Assembly: GCA_021806565.1 (NCBI GenBank)
Contig: JAJZXK010000005.1
Coordinates: 2,555 to 66,554 of the forward strand
Length of the DNA stretch: 64,000 nucleotides
DNA from: Bacillota bacterium
GTDB lineage: Bacteria; Bacillota; Sulfobacillia; RBS10-35; JAJYVN01
Direction of reading: 5' to 3'
A program made the translations under genes and the position numbers. The notes beneath the pieces were generated by a model. It made no database searches. It had not been told where the DNA came from and saw only the letters and a program-made list of their open reading frames with translations. Below are positions 34,192 through 45,767 of this stretch, in pieces (the stretch's first letter is position 1; every line of letters begins with the position of its first letter).

Positions 34192-35187
34192 TCACCGCAG
34201 GCGGCGGGCACGCGCCTCGTCGAGGATGGTCGCCACCAGCTGCGCGTAGCCCATGCCGGCCGCGGCGGCCTGGCGGGGCAGGTCGGAAAAGCCGGGCACC
34301 ATGCCCGGCAGGGGGTTGACCTCGATCACCTGCGGCCGGCCCAACGCGTCCAGGCGCAGGTCGACCCGGCAGACATCCTGGCAGCCCAGCGCTTCATACG
34401 CCGCCAGGGCCAGCCGCTCCAATTCCCGTTCCAGCCCCGCCTCCAACCCGGCCGGGCAGTGGTAGAAGCGGTCGGCGTCCCACTCCCGCTTGAACTGGTA
34501 CGTATACACCGGTGGGTATCCGGGCGGGACGGCGCCGAAGTCGATCTCCATGATGGGCAGGATCCGCGGTCGCCGATTGCCCAGCAGGCCGACGGTGAAC
34601 TCCCGGCCGGGCAGGAAGGCTTCGACCAGGGCCGGCTCACCATAGGCGGCATGGATCTCCGCGACCTGCGCGGCCGCCGCCTCCCGGTCCCGAACCAGCG
34701 AGCGCGGCGTCACCCCCATCGAACTGCCCTCGGCAAGCGGTTTGACAAACAGGGGCGGCTGCAGGCCGAGGGCGGCGAACGCCATCCCCGGCGGCACCAC
34801 GCAAAAGGGCGGCGTCGGTACACCGCAGGCCGAAAGCACACGCTTGGTCATCGCCTTGTCCAGGGCCAGCGCAAGCGTGAGCACGCCCGAACCGGTGTAC
34901 GGCAGGCCGAGCAGTTCGCAGACCGCCGGCACCTGCGCCTCACGCCCAGGTCCACCCGAGCCCTCGGCAATGTTGAAGACGAAGTCGGGGCGCAAGGCGG
35001 AAAGCCGCGCCGGAAAGTCGGCTTCGGCCTCCACCCGCGGCGCCTCGTGCCCGCCGGCCTCCAGGGCCGCGCACAGCGCCAGCACGGTTTCCTCCGTGTC
35101 ATACTCGGCCTGGACGCCGACGCGCGCACCGTCGTCCGCTCCGGACGGCGCCCCGCGCCTCAGGTTATATGTGACCGCCACGCGCAC
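34192..35187 (-). CDS. D-Ala-D-Ala ligase-like ATP-grasp enzyme
   Basis: VAVTYNL..AEYD, FNIAEG..GREAQVP, PYTGS, LDKAMTK, VKPLAEGSSMG, GREFTV, RVDLR, EVNPLPG. Confidence 0.85.
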   Translation of the reverse strand: MRVAVTYNLRRGAPSGADDGARVGVQAEYDTEETVLALCAALEAGGHEAPRVEAEADFPARLSALRPDFVFNIAEGSGGPGREAQVPAVCELLGLPYTGSGVLTLALALDKAMTKRVLSACGVPTPPFCVVPPGMAFAALGLQPPLFVKPLAEGSSMGVTPRSLVRDREAAAAQVAEIHAAYGEPALVEAFLPGREFTVGLLGNRRPRILPIMEIDFGAVPPGYPPVYTYQFKREWDADRFYHCPAGLEAGLERELERLALAAYEALGCQDVCRVDLRLDALGRPQVIEVNPLPGMVPGFSDLPRQAAAAGMGYAQLVATILDEARARRLR

Positions 35188-35333
35188 CGCCGCACCCCTC
35201 CCGACCCGGGAGCCGGGCGGGAAGATTGGCAGCGCGTGGTCCGACTCCTGCCGCCACAGCCGCCGCCCACCGTTTTTCCTCGCACCATGATACCCTGGCG
35301 GCAACGCCGTGGACCGGCGCGGGGGGGAAAGCG

Positions 35334-36509
35334 GTGGCGCAGGCGCAACTGGCACCGCAGGCGGATCCGGCCGCGCCCGCGGCGACGGCTCTGCCGATAT
35401 TGGCCTTTGCCCACTTCCTCAACGACGGCTACGTCAACTACGTCCCTGGCATCCTGCCGGCCCTCATCGCCGCCGACCACATCCCGCTGGCCCTGGCCGG
35501 CGCCGTCGTGCTGGCGCTGCAGGGCGTCACCTCGTTGGCCCAGCCGCTGGTCGGGCTGTGGGCGGACCGCCAGGGGGGGCGCGGCTTCATCTGGATCGGT
35601 CTGGCCCTGGCGGCGGCCGGGGCCAGCGCGGTCGGACTGGCCCACGACCTGCCGGTGCTGCTCTGCGTGCTGCTGTTGACCGGCATCGGCAACACCGTCT
35701 TCCACCCACAGGCCCTGGCGGCGGCCACCAGCGCCGGCGGCGGCCGCGGCATGCGCCTGAGCGGCTTTTTGGTCGGCGGTGAAGTCGGGCGCGGACTGTG
35801 GCCCGTGGCCATCAGCGCGCTGGTCGCCTGGGCCGGACTCGGGGCGCTGCCCCTGATCTGCCTGCCCGCGCTCGTGGCCGTACCGGCGCTGGCGGTCACC
35901 GCTCCGGTGCTGCCGCCGCGCCCGTCGCGGTCCAGCGACCTGCGCGGGCGCCTTGGACCGGCAGCCACGCTGGTGGGCTTCAGCGGGTTGCGGGCGGCGG
36001 CCGTCTTCGGGCTCTCCACCTTCGCGCCCCTCCTGTGGCACGCCCGCGGCGGATCGTTGGTCGGCGGAGCCTCGCTGCTATCGGCCATGCTGCTGGTGGG
36101 TGTGGTCGGCAACCTCGCCGGAGGCTGGATGGCCGACCGCTTCGGCCACCACCTGCCGCTGCTTCTGACGAGTCTGGCGGGGGCGGCGCTGGTGCCCCTG
36201 CTGGCCCTGGCCTCCGGCGCATGGGCCTTCATTGTCATGGGGTTGAGCGGCATCGTGCTCTTTGCCGGCTTCCCGCTGACGATGCTGGCGGCCCACGACC
36301 TCTTCCCCGAAAGCCGCTCCATGGCGTCGGGGCTCGTCCTGGGCGGCGGCAACGCCGTCGGGGCCTTCGCCGTCTTCGCCCTCGGGCCCCTGGCAGCGGC
36401 GGTCGGCATCCCGGCCGCCCTCTGGGCGCTGGCGGCCGGGCTGATCGCGGCGGCGGGGCTGTCCCGGCGCCTGCCGAGCGGGGCCGCGGCACCGGCAGCC
36501 TCCGGGTGA
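35334..36509 (+). CDS. MFS transporter (Fsr-like)
   Basis: AHFLNDGY, QPLVGLWADR, FHPQA, GGWMADRFG, and 12 hydrophobic segments. Confidence 0.88.
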   Translation: MAQAQLAPQADPAAPAATALPILAFAHFLNDGYVNYVPGILPALIAADHIPLALAGAVVLALQGVTSLAQPLVGLWADRQGGRGFIWIGLALAAAGASAVGLAHDLPVLLCVLLLTGIGNTVFHPQALAAATSAGGGRGMRLSGFLVGGEVGRGLWPVAISALVAWAGLGALPLICLPALVAVPALAVTAPVLPPRPSRSSDLRGRLGPAATLVGFSGLRAAAVFGLSTFAPLLWHARGGSLVGGASLLSAMLLVGVVGNLAGGWMADRFGHHLPLLLTSLAGAALVPLLALASGAWAFIVMGLSGIVLFAGFPLTMLAAHDLFPESRSMASGLVLGGGNAVGAFAVFALGPLAAAVGIPAALWALAAGLIAAAGLSRRLPSGAAAPAASG

Positions 36510-36554
36510 GGGCGGCCCGCGAACACAGGGCGAAGCGAATGGGGTGCGCCGGCA

Positions 36555-36572
36555 CGGCCGTTCGGACGGCCG
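36555..36572. terminator. stem-loop between the convergent MFS and PBP genes
   Basis: CGGCCGT-TCGG-ACGGCCG. Confidence 0.35.
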
Positions 36573-36579
36573 GGGGCGG

Positions 36580-38778
36580 CTAGCGCAAGCCCAGCCAGGG
36601 GAACGGCAGCCAGTGCGGCCAGTGGTCCGGCGGGGACGGGGACGGGGAAGACGGGCCCTGTTGCGGCGGCGTGACGGAAGTCCCCGGCAGGCCGGTGATG
36701 CCGATGTAGTGACCCTGGTCGCCGCTGGCCGGGCTGACGGTCGTCGGCTCGGTACCGCGCAGGAAGAGTTCGTGCACGGTGGAGACCGCCGGATTGGGCA
36801 GCAGCCCGTCCACGGCGGACACACGCTCTTGCACCACGTCCTGCGGCCGCGTCCACCCGGCCTGTGGCCGGCCCTTCAGGGCGGCGGCCATGAAGTGCGC
36901 CCAGATCGGGCCCGCCAGCGAGTTCCCGTAACCCGGTAGGCGCGCCGGCTGGTCGTCCCCCACCCAGACGGTGCAGACCAGGCTCGGGGCGAAGCCGGCA
37001 AACCACGCGTCGCGGTGGCCGTTGGTCGTGCCGGTCTTGCCCGCAAGCGGCCAGTAACCGACCAGCGGCAGCAGTCGTTGGCCGGTGCCGTTTTTCATCA
37101 CGCTCTCCATCAGGCTGTCGACAATGTAGGCGACGCCGGCGTCCAGGACGCGGTGCGGCGCCGGTGGGTGCGGCGCCCACACCACGTGGCCCGAAGCCGT
37201 CTCCACCGCATGCACCCCCCAGGGCGCGATCGCCATGCCCAGGTCGGCCAGGGGCACGTAGGCCGAAGCCAACTCCAGCGGCGTCACCCCGTAAGAGCCG
37301 AGCGCCAGAGGCAGCGTCGGCTGCATCGGGCTCCAGATCCCCATACTCCGCGCGGTATGCATGACCGCCGCCGGTCCGACGGTCTGAGCCCACTTCACCG
37401 CCACCACGTTGACCGAGTCGGCCAGGGCCTGGCGGATGGTGAGGCGGTGGTAGCTGTAGCCGGAATAGTCCTTCGGGCAATAGGGCGTCGACGGGTTGGC
37501 CCCAGGGAAACAGACCGGGGCATCCAGGCGGCGGGCGGTCACCGGTTGGTGGGCGGCCACCACCGTCGCGTAGAGAAACGGCTTGAAGGTCGAGCCCGGC
37601 TGGCGGACGGCGTCGGTGGCGCGGTTGAACGGGTCGGTCGCGTAGGAACGGCCGCCGATCATCGCCCGCACCGCCCCGGTACGCGGACTGACGGCGACCA
37701 GGGCGCCCTGCGGTTCCAGCGTGCCGTTGGGGCCTGTTTGCCCTGGGGGCATATAGCGCGAAAAGGCCTGGTCCGCCGCCGTCTGGTCGCGGGCGCTCAG
37801 GGTCGTCAGCACGCGGTAGCCGCCCCGGCGCACGGCGGCCTCCAGCGACGGATCCTGCTGGGCGATCTGCGACAGCACATACGAGATGAAATAGCCGGCG
37901 GATGGCGCCGGCAGGCTCAGCCGGCCGCGGTGCAGGCCAAGCGGCCGGGCCGCGGCCGCCTTCGCCTCGGCCGGCGTGATGTCCCCCACCGCGGCCAGAC
38001 GCTGCAGCACGAAGTTGCGCCGGTTCAGGGCGAGTTGCGGGTGCAGGAAGGGGTCGTACGCCCCGGGCGCCGCCGGCAGACCGGCCAACAGAGCGCACTG
38101 GGACAGGTCCAGCCGACTCAGACCGCGGTCGAAGTAGGTGCGCGCCGCCGCGGCGACACCGTACGCCCCCTCGCCGTAGTAGACGGTGTTCAGATACATG
38201 TTGAGGATCTGCGCCTTGCTGTGCGTCGCCTGGAGCCGCAGCGTGTAAAGCGCCTCCACCAGCTTGCGCCGCAGGGTGCGCGCCGGGGTCAGGTAGAGGT
38301 TTTTGGCCAACTGCTGGGTGATGGTGCTGCCGCCCTCGACGATGCGGCCCGAGCGCAGGTCGACCCAGGCGGCGCGGACGATGGCGACGGGGTTGATGCC
38401 GAAGTCCCGGTAGAAGTGGACGTCCTCGGTGGCGATCGTCGCCTGCTGCAACCGCGCCGGGATCTGGGACAGCGCAACCGGCTGGCGGTCCCCGGGGGCG
38501 AGCGTGGCCAAGACGCGGCCCCGCCGGTCCAGGATCACCGAGGGCAGGGCCGCGGCCTGGCTGCGCACGGGAAGCAGCGTCGCCGCCGCGGCCACCGCGC
38601 CGCAGACGGCGACGGCCGTCCAGCCCAGGGCCCGCACCCAGCGGCGCCCGGGCGTCGCCGCCCCCCCGCCCCCCCCCGCTTTTTCCCCCCCCCCCCCCGC
38701 CCCCCTCCGCCGCGGCCCACCCGCGGCCCCCCCGCGGCCTCCCCCGCCCCCCCCCCCCACCCGTTTTCTCCGCTCCAT
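36580..38778 (-). CDS. class A penicillin-binding protein (PBP1A family)
   Basis: TG motifs [30 protein letters not shown] motifs STFK, SVN, KTG. Confidence 0.92.
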   Translation of the reverse strand: MERRKRVGGGGGGGRGGAAGGPRRRGAGGGGEKAGGGGGAATPGRRWVRALGWTAVAVCGAVAAAATLLPVRSQAAALPSVILDRRGRVLATLAPGDRQPVALSQIPARLQQATIATEDVHFYRDFGINPVAIVRAAWVDLRSGRIVEGGSTITQQLAKNLYLTPARTLRRKLVEALYTLRLQATHSKAQILNMYLNTVYYGEGAYGVAAAARTYFDRGLSRLDLSQCALLAGLPAAPGAYDPFLHPQLALNRRNFVLQRLAAVGDITPAEAKAAAARPLGLHRGRLSLPAPSAGYFISYVLSQIAQQDPSLEAAVRRGGYRVLTTLSARDQTAADQAFSRYMPPGQTGPNGTLEPQGALVAVSPRTGAVRAMIGGRSYATDPFNRATDAVRQPGSTFKPFLYATVVAAHQPVTARRLDAPVCFPGANPSTPYCPKDYSGYSYHRLTIRQALADSVNVVAVKWAQTVGPAAVMHTARSMGIWSPMQPTLPLALGSYGVTPLELASAYVPLADLGMAIAPWGVHAVETASGHVVWAPHPPAPHRVLDAGVAYIVDSLMESVMKNGTGQRLLPLVGYWPLAGKTGTTNGHRDAWFAGFAPSLVCTVWVGDDQPARLPGYGNSLAGPIWAHFMAAALKGRPQAGWTRPQDVVQERVSAVDGLLPNPAVSTVHELFLRGTEPTTVSPASGDQGHYIGITGLPGTSVTPPQQGPSSPSPSPPDHWPHWLPFPWLGLR
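38659..38763. repeat. poly-C/poly-G low-complexity tract in the PBP 5' end
   Basis: Several C runs of 7-14 nt, unlike the rest of the window. Confidence 0.85.
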
Positions 38779-38845
38779 CACCCGCCGCCATATCCATGAG
38801 GATACCCGCGGCACCCCGCGGGCATCCTCCGCACCCGCAGCATCC

Positions 38846-41398
38846 TCAGCGGGCGCGGGCGACGGTGACCGATCCGGCCTGGGCCGTCGTATCGAGGGCG
38901 GCCAGGAAGGCCGGGACGTGCAGGGCGTCACTGTCCGCGGCCCCCGGAACCCCGCCGCGCAGGACCTCGTTCAACGCGTCCTCCGCCTGGCCGACGAAGG
39001 CCGCGGTCATACCGCTGCGCGCGGCCGAGCCGATCTCCTCCCAGTCGGCGCGGTTCTCCGCCGGCAGCACCACACGCCGCACCCCGGCACGTCGGGCCGC
39101 GAGCACCTTCTCCTTGATGCCTCCGACCGGCAGCACCCGCCCGCGCAGGGTGATCTCGCCGGTCATCGCCACATCGCGCCGCACCGGCCTGCCGCTCAGG
39201 GCCGACACCATCGCCGCCGCGACGGTGATCCCGGCCGACGGACCATCCTTGGGCACCGCGCCCTCGGGGGCGTGCACGTGGATCTCGCAGCGGCGGTAGA
39301 AGTCCGCCGGCAGCCCGAACCGCTCCGCGTGGGCCCGCACGTAGGTGAGCGCGGCCTGGGCCGACTCGCGCATCACCTCGCCCAGCCGCCCGGTCAGTTG
39401 CAGGTCGCCGCCCCCCGGCAGCACGCTGACCTCGATGGCGAGCACGTCGCCTCCGGACTCGGACCAGCCGAGTCCCAGCGCCAACCCCACCTCGTCGCGG
39501 GCCGGCGCCCCCTGGTGGAAGACGTGCGGCCGGCCGAGAAAACGCGCCAGGTTGCGCTCCGTGATCGAAAAGCGCGCCCCGGGGCGCCGGACCACCTGGC
39601 GCACCACCTTGCGGCAGATGGACCCGAGTTCCCGTTCCAGGCCGCGGACCCCGGCCTCCCGGGTATAGCGGTCGATCACCGTGCGCAGGGCGCCGTCGGA
39701 AAGGCGCAGGCTCTCGCCGGTGAGGCCCGCGTCGCGTAGCTGGCGCGGCAGCAGGTGCCGGCGGGCGATGGAGACCTTCTCGTCTTCACTGTAGCCGTGG
39801 AGTTGGATCACCTCCAATCGGTCGTACAGGGCCCGCGGCAGGGGCTGCAGCGTGTTGGCCGTGGCGATGAACATGACCTCGGACAGGTCCAGGGGCAGTT
39901 CCAGGTAGTGGTCGCTGAAGGCCGCGTTCTGCTCGGGGTCCAGCACCTCCAGCAGCGCCGCCGCGGGGTCGCCGCGGTAATCGGCGCTCATTTTGTCGAT
40001 CTCGTCGAGCAGCACGACGGGGTTGCGCACCGCCGCCTGGCGCATGGCGTGCACCAACCGCCCCGGCATGGCGCCGACGTAGGTGCGGCGGTGGCCGCGC
40101 ACCTCCGCCTCGTCCCGCACCCCGCCCAGAGACAGGCGCACGAAGGGGCGCTCCATGGCCCTGGCGATCGAGCGCGCCAGCGAGGTCTTGCCGCAGCCCG
40201 GGGGGCCGACCAGGCAGAGCACGGCGCCGCGGGCGGGACCGGGCGACAACCGGCGCAGGGCCAGGTGCTCCAGCACCCGCTCCTTGATCCGATCCAGACC
40301 GTAGTGGTCTTCGGCCAGCACCTGCTCTGCCGCGTCCAGGTCAATCCGGTCCTCGGCCCGCACCTTCCAGGGGATCGCCAGCAGCCACTCCACATAGGTG
40401 CGCACGACGACCCCTTCCGCGGCCAGCGGCGGCATCTTGTCGAGGCGCTCCAGTTCCCGCTCGACGCGTTCGCGGACCGCGTCCGGCAGGTCCAGATCCG
40501 CCAGGCGCCCGCGCAACTCCTCGGCCTCACCCCGGCCGCCGGCGCTGTGGTCGCCAAGTTCCTTCTGGATCGCCTTGAGTTGCTCGCGCAGGTAATACTC
40601 CCGCTGGGTCCGCTCGATCTGCTTGCGTGCGCGCGCGGCGACCTCCCGCTCGACGTCGCCGACCTCCGTCTCCCGCACCAGCATGCGATGGAGGCGCAAC
40701 AGCCGTTCGCGCACACCCGGCGTCTCCAGGATCTCCTGGCGGTCCGCCGGCCGGTGCAACGTCCGCGCCGCCACGGCGTCGCACAACCGCCCCGGCTCCT
40801 GCACCGGCGGCAGCGCCGTGTCCGCCGGCAGACGCAGCCCGTTGCTGCGCAGCCGCTCCACGCGCCGCAGCAGGGCGGCCCCGAGTTCGGCCAACTCGGG
40901 CGTCGCATCGGGGGGGGCGACTTCCTCCACGATCGGATCCACCGCCGCCAGCAGCAAATCGTCGCCCGAATCGCCGGGGCGGAATCCGGTCGCCCGTGCG
41001 CGACAGAGACCCTCGACAACGATGCGCACCGTCTGGCCGTTGTCGGCCCGCACCTCGCGCAGCATGCCCACGCTTCCCACCGCATACAGATCGTCCGGCC
41101 CGGGCTCTTCGCACTGCGGGTCGCGCTGCGCGCAGAAGAAGACCCGCCCGTCGACCGCCGCCGCCCGCTCGACGGCCCGCAACGACATGGTGCGGCCGAT
41201 CTGCAACGGCATCCGGGCCCCAGGGAAGACCGCCAGTCCCCGAAGCGGCAGTACCGGGAAGATGTCGCCGGACTCTACCGCCGGCGTCTCCGCGGCGGCA
41301 TGGCGCGCGCGGGTACGCGTCGACGTGCGACGCGTGCCGCTCTGGCCCACCGCCCGGCGTTGTGGCGCCCGGTCTGCCTCCTTGCGTGAAGCCGCCAT
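38846..41398 (-). CDS. lon: ATP-dependent endopeptidase La
   Basis: [48 protein letters not shown] (Ser), GGIKEK (Lys). Confidence 0.96.
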   Translation of the reverse strand: MAASRKEADRAPQRRAVGQSGTRRTSTRTRARHAAAETPAVESGDIFPVLPLRGLAVFPGARMPLQIGRTMSLRAVERAAAVDGRVFFCAQRDPQCEEPGPDDLYAVGSVGMLREVRADNGQTVRIVVEGLCRARATGFRPGDSGDDLLLAAVDPIVEEVAPPDATPELAELGAALLRRVERLRSNGLRLPADTALPPVQEPGRLCDAVAARTLHRPADRQEILETPGVRERLLRLHRMLVRETEVGDVEREVAARARKQIERTQREYYLREQLKAIQKELGDHSAGGRGEAEELRGRLADLDLPDAVRERVERELERLDKMPPLAAEGVVVRTYVEWLLAIPWKVRAEDRIDLDAAEQVLAEDHYGLDRIKERVLEHLALRRLSPGPARGAVLCLVGPPGCGKTSLARSIARAMERPFVRLSLGGVRDEAEVRGHRRTYVGAMPGRLVHAMRQAAVRNPVVLLDEIDKMSADYRGDPAAALLEVLDPEQNAAFSDHYLELPLDLSEVMFIATANTLQPLPRALYDRLEVIQLHGYSEDEKVSIARRHLLPRQLRDAGLTGESLRLSDGALRTVIDRYTREAGVRGLERELGSICRKVVRQVVRRPGARFSITERNLARFLGRPHVFHQGAPARDEVGLALGLGWSESGGDVLAIEVSVLPGGGDLQLTGRLGEVMRESAQAALTYVRAHAERFGLPADFYRRCEIHVHAPEGAVPKDGPSAGITVAAAMVSALSGRPVRRDVAMTGEITLRGRVLPVGGIKEKVLAARRAGVRRVVLPAENRADWEEIGSAARSGMTAAFVGQAEDALNEVLRGGVPGAADSDALHVPAFLAALDTTAQAGSVTVARAR

Positions 41399-41657
41399 CG
41401 ACACAACCCGCCCTCCGGGGCACACCGCCACCCGTCGTGCGCTGTGCGCCCGCTACTCCAAACGTATGGGAGAGACCGCCCGACGGCCCCTCCGAGATGA
41501 CTACACGGCCAGACGGCCGCGATTTCGTCGACGCAAGGCCGGTTCTGTAGAACGGGGGGAAGTCCTGCCCTGGTCCACGTGGAGGGACTTGGATTGGCGA
41601 AACCTGGAGAGACCGTGCCGGCCCGCCAGGAGCAGCGGCTGGAGCCACCGGCCCACA

Positions 41658-41705
41658 GCCGAAGCCCGCCGCCGCGGCGTCGATGCCGCGGCGGCGGGCT
41701 TCGGC
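41658..41705. terminator. 21-bp perfect inverted repeat between lonB and lon
   Basis: GCCGAAGCCCGCCGCCGCGGC-gtcgat-GCCGCGGCGGCGGGCTTCGGC. Confidence 0.6.
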
Positions 41706-41770
41706 GGGAACACCGATCCGGTTCTAGGCAACGGGCGCCGCCGCACGGGATGGCGGCCCGCGCCGCCGCC

Positions 41771-43552
41771 TCAACAGGGTGCCGTACGACCACGGGGGGC
41801 CGCGGTCACCACCTGCGGACCGGCCAGGGGACGGGGTTCGGATTCGGGCTCCGGCGCCGCGCCCTGCGGTACAGCGGTGGTCCTGGTCGCAGCGGCCAGG
41901 GGCTCCGCTGCGGCCACCGCCTCAGCACCTTCGTGCACAAGGGCCTGACCGAGTGCCTGGTCGAAGGTCGCCAGCGGGACCACCGCGATGCCCTCCAGTT
42001 CTCCGAAGCCCTGCTGCCAGTTCTCCTCGGGGATCAGCACCCGGCGCGCGCCGGCCTGGCGCGCCGCCTCGATCTTCGCGGGTACGCCGCCGACCGGCCG
42101 CAGTCGACCGTGCAGGGAGATCTCACCGGTCATGGCGACCGTGTGCTCCACCTCGCGACCGGTCAGGGCCGAATAGACCGCGACCGCCATGGCGACACCG
42201 GCCGAAGGCCCGTCAACAGGTATGCCGCCCGGAAAGTTCACGTGGATGTCCCAGTCCAGCGGGTCACAGCCCGGGTCCAAGCGACGGCGCAACACGGTGA
42301 GCACATTGTCCAACGAGGCCCGCGCCATACCCTGGCGGCGCAACGTGCGGCCGTGGCTGGCCATCTCCTCTTCGTCCACCAGACCGGTCACCCGCAGGGT
42401 TCCCGCACCGGGACGCGCGGCGTGGGCGGCATACGCTTCCACCTCCAACAGGAACCCGATCTGCGGGCCCGCGACCCCCAGGGCGTTCACCACGCCGACC
42501 GCCGGGTGGGAGGGGATGCGGGGCAGCAGGCGCGGCGCGTACTGCCCACTGGTGACGACCCACTCGGCGTCGCAGACGCGGATCAGACTCCGCCCCTCGG
42601 ACTGTGCCACACCCGCGGAGAGTTGCACGATGTTGACAGCCTCGCGCCCGCTCTGGGCGTAGCGCCGCACCACGTCCAGGACGCCGGCGTCGGCCGCCTT
42701 GCCCACCCGGCGGACGGCACTGTGCGCTATCTGCACGACCTCGTCCGGCTGCAGCGGCTGGAAGAACACCTCGAGGCAGCGCGAGCGGATGGCGGGGGGG
42801 ATCTCCTCGGGGGACCGCGTGGTCGCCCCGACCATGCGGAAGTCCGCCGGCAGGCCGTTTTCGAAGATATCCCTAATATGCCTGGGAAGGTTGGGATCCT
42901 CCGAGTTGTAGTAGGCGGACTCGAGGAACACCTTCCTGTCCTCCAAGACCTTCAGGAGCTTGTTCATCTGGACCGGGTGCAGTTCACCGATCTCGTCGAT
43001 AAAGAGCACACCGCCGTGCGCCTTGGTGACGGCCCCCGGCTTCGGCTGGGGAATGCCCGCGATGCCGAGGGGACCCGCGCCCTGATAGATCGGGTCGTGC
43101 ACCGAACCGATCAACGGATCGGCGATGCCGCGCTCGTCGAAGCGCGCGGTGGTCGCGTCCAACTCCAGAAAGACCGCGTCGCGCCGGAACGGCGACTGGC
43201 CGCTGCGCTTGGCTTCCTCCAGAACCAACCGCGCCGCCGCCGTCTTGCCGACCCCTGGCGGCCCATACAGCAGCACATGCTGCGGATTCGGTCCACACAG
43301 AGCCGCGCGCAGAGCGCGCACCCCGTCCCGCTGCCCCACGATATCGTCGAAGCTGCGCGGGCGGGTCCGCTCGGACAGCGGCTCGGTCAGCGCGATCGCG
43401 CGCATCCGGGCCAACCGCTCGATCTCCTTGCGCGATTCGCGCTGCACCGCCACGCGGCTTCCCTGCTGGGTCTTGAGCAGATTCCAGAAATAGAGACCGA
43501 TGACCACGGCGAACACGAACTGCACCGCGGTGAGGATCACGCCGAGAGACAC
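41771..43552 (-). CDS. lonB: ATP-dependent protease LonB (sporulation-associated)
   Basis: N-terminal TM VIGLYFWNLLK.QQ, LTEPLSE.TRP, CGPNPQHV..YGPPGVGKT, FDERGIADPLIGSVHDPIYQGAG, PVDGPSAG. Confidence 0.95.
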   Translation of the reverse strand: MSLGVILTAVQFVFAVVIGLYFWNLLKTQQGSRVAVQRESRKEIERLARMRAIALTEPLSERTRPRSFDDIVGQRDGVRALRAALCGPNPQHVLLYGPPGVGKTAAARLVLEEAKRSGQSPFRRDAVFLELDATTARFDERGIADPLIGSVHDPIYQGAGPLGIAGIPQPKPGAVTKAHGGVLFIDEIGELHPVQMNKLLKVLEDRKVFLESAYYNSEDPNLPRHIRDIFENGLPADFRMVGATTRSPEEIPPAIRSRCLEVFFQPLQPDEVVQIAHSAVRRVGKAADAGVLDVVRRYAQSGREAVNIVQLSAGVAQSEGRSLIRVCDAEWVVTSGQYAPRLLPRIPSHPAVGVVNALGVAGPQIGFLLEVEAYAAHAARPGAGTLRVTGLVDEEEMASHGRTLRRQGMARASLDNVLTVLRRRLDPGCDPLDWDIHVNFPGGIPVDGPSAGVAMAVAVYSALTGREVEHTVAMTGEISLHGRLRPVGGVPAKIEAARQAGARRVLIPEENWQQGFGELEGIAVVPLATFDQALGQALVHEGAEAVAAAEPLAAATRTTAVPQGAAPEPESEPRPLAGPQVVTAAPRGRTAPC

Positions 43553-43594
43553 GTGCCTCGCCCCCCTCCGGGTCGGCGGCGAGCCGCCGGGGGC

Positions 43595-43623
43595 TAGTAT
43601 CCCTCCGGAGGGGTCGGGTCAAC
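43595..43623 (-). promoter_or_regulatory. possible sigmaF/sigmaG-type promoter of lonB
   Basis: GTTGA-N14-AGGGATACTA, about 40 bp upstream of the lonB start. Confidence 0.4.
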
Positions 43624-43820
43624 GGCCATGTCCTGGGCCGGGCGGTGCGACCCGGCGGGGACGGCAGTCCGTGGCGGCGCGCGGGCGGTGGCGGAGGCGC
43701 CATCGAACTCGGGGGGGCGGCCGCGGCTTCCACCACGGCAAGGGGCGGGCGCCGCACCCGCGGCCGCCCGCCCCCTCGCCGACCCAAACGCGCGCCTGGG
43801 ACCAACCGTCCGCCCGCCGG

Positions 43821-45080
<1,260 letters not shown>

Positions 45081-45107
45081 CGCGTTTCGACCTCCCCCGG
45101 GGGGACG

Positions 45108-45767
45108 CTAGCGGCTACCGCCCTCAGCCTTCCCGGGACGGGCAGGCATGATCTCGTCGATGATACCGTATGCCTTGGCTTCCTCGGCTGACATGAAGTA
45201 GTCCTGCCTCAGATCGGCCTTGACCTTCTCCATGGGCTGGCCGGTGTGCTTGACATACAGCTCCGCAACCCGATCGTAGGCCTTGAGGAGTTCATCCGTC
45301 CAGATCTTGACGTCGGTCGCGCGGCCCTGGCCGCCTCCGCCCCAAGGCTGGTGGATCATGATACGCGAGTGCGGCAGGGCGTACCGCTTGCCGGGAGCGC
45401 CGGCCGCCAGCAGCACCGAGCCCATGCTCGCGGCCATCCCCACGCAGGTGGTCGCCACCGGCGGCTTGATGTACTGCATGACGTCGTAAATCCCCAGACC
45501 CGCGTCGACGCTGCCCCCCGGGCTGTTGACGTAGATCTGCACGTCGCGGTCCGGGTCCTCCGCCTCAAGAAACAGCAGTTGCGCGATGACCAGGTTGGCG
45601 ACCTGGTCGTCGATCGGCGAACCCAGGAAGATGATCCGCTCCTTGAGCAGGCGCGAATAGATGTCGTAGGCCCGCTCGCCGCGCGCGGACTGCTCGACCA
45701 CCATCGGCACGTAGGCGCGGATGTTCCGCCGGATCTCCTGCAATCGCGAGTAGCCCCACGCGCTCAT
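45108..45767 (-). CDS. clpP: ATP-dependent Clp protease proteolytic subunit
   Basis: [31 protein letters not shown]. Confidence 0.97.
   Translation of the reverse strand: MSAWGYSRLQEIRRNIRAYVPMVVEQSARGERAYDIYSRLLKERIIFLGSPIDDQVANLVIAQLLFLEAEDPDRDVQIYVNSPGGSVDAGLGIYDVMQYIKPPVATTCVGMAASMGSVLLAAGAPGKRYALPHSRIMIHQPWGGGGQGRATDVKIWTDELLKAYDRVAELYVKHTGQPMEKVKADLRQDYFMSAEEAKAYGIIDEIMPARPGKAEGGSR

Noticed and set aside
41460-41468. CATACGTT sigmaE-like -10 upstream of lon
   Set aside because: No matching -35 at the expected spacing.
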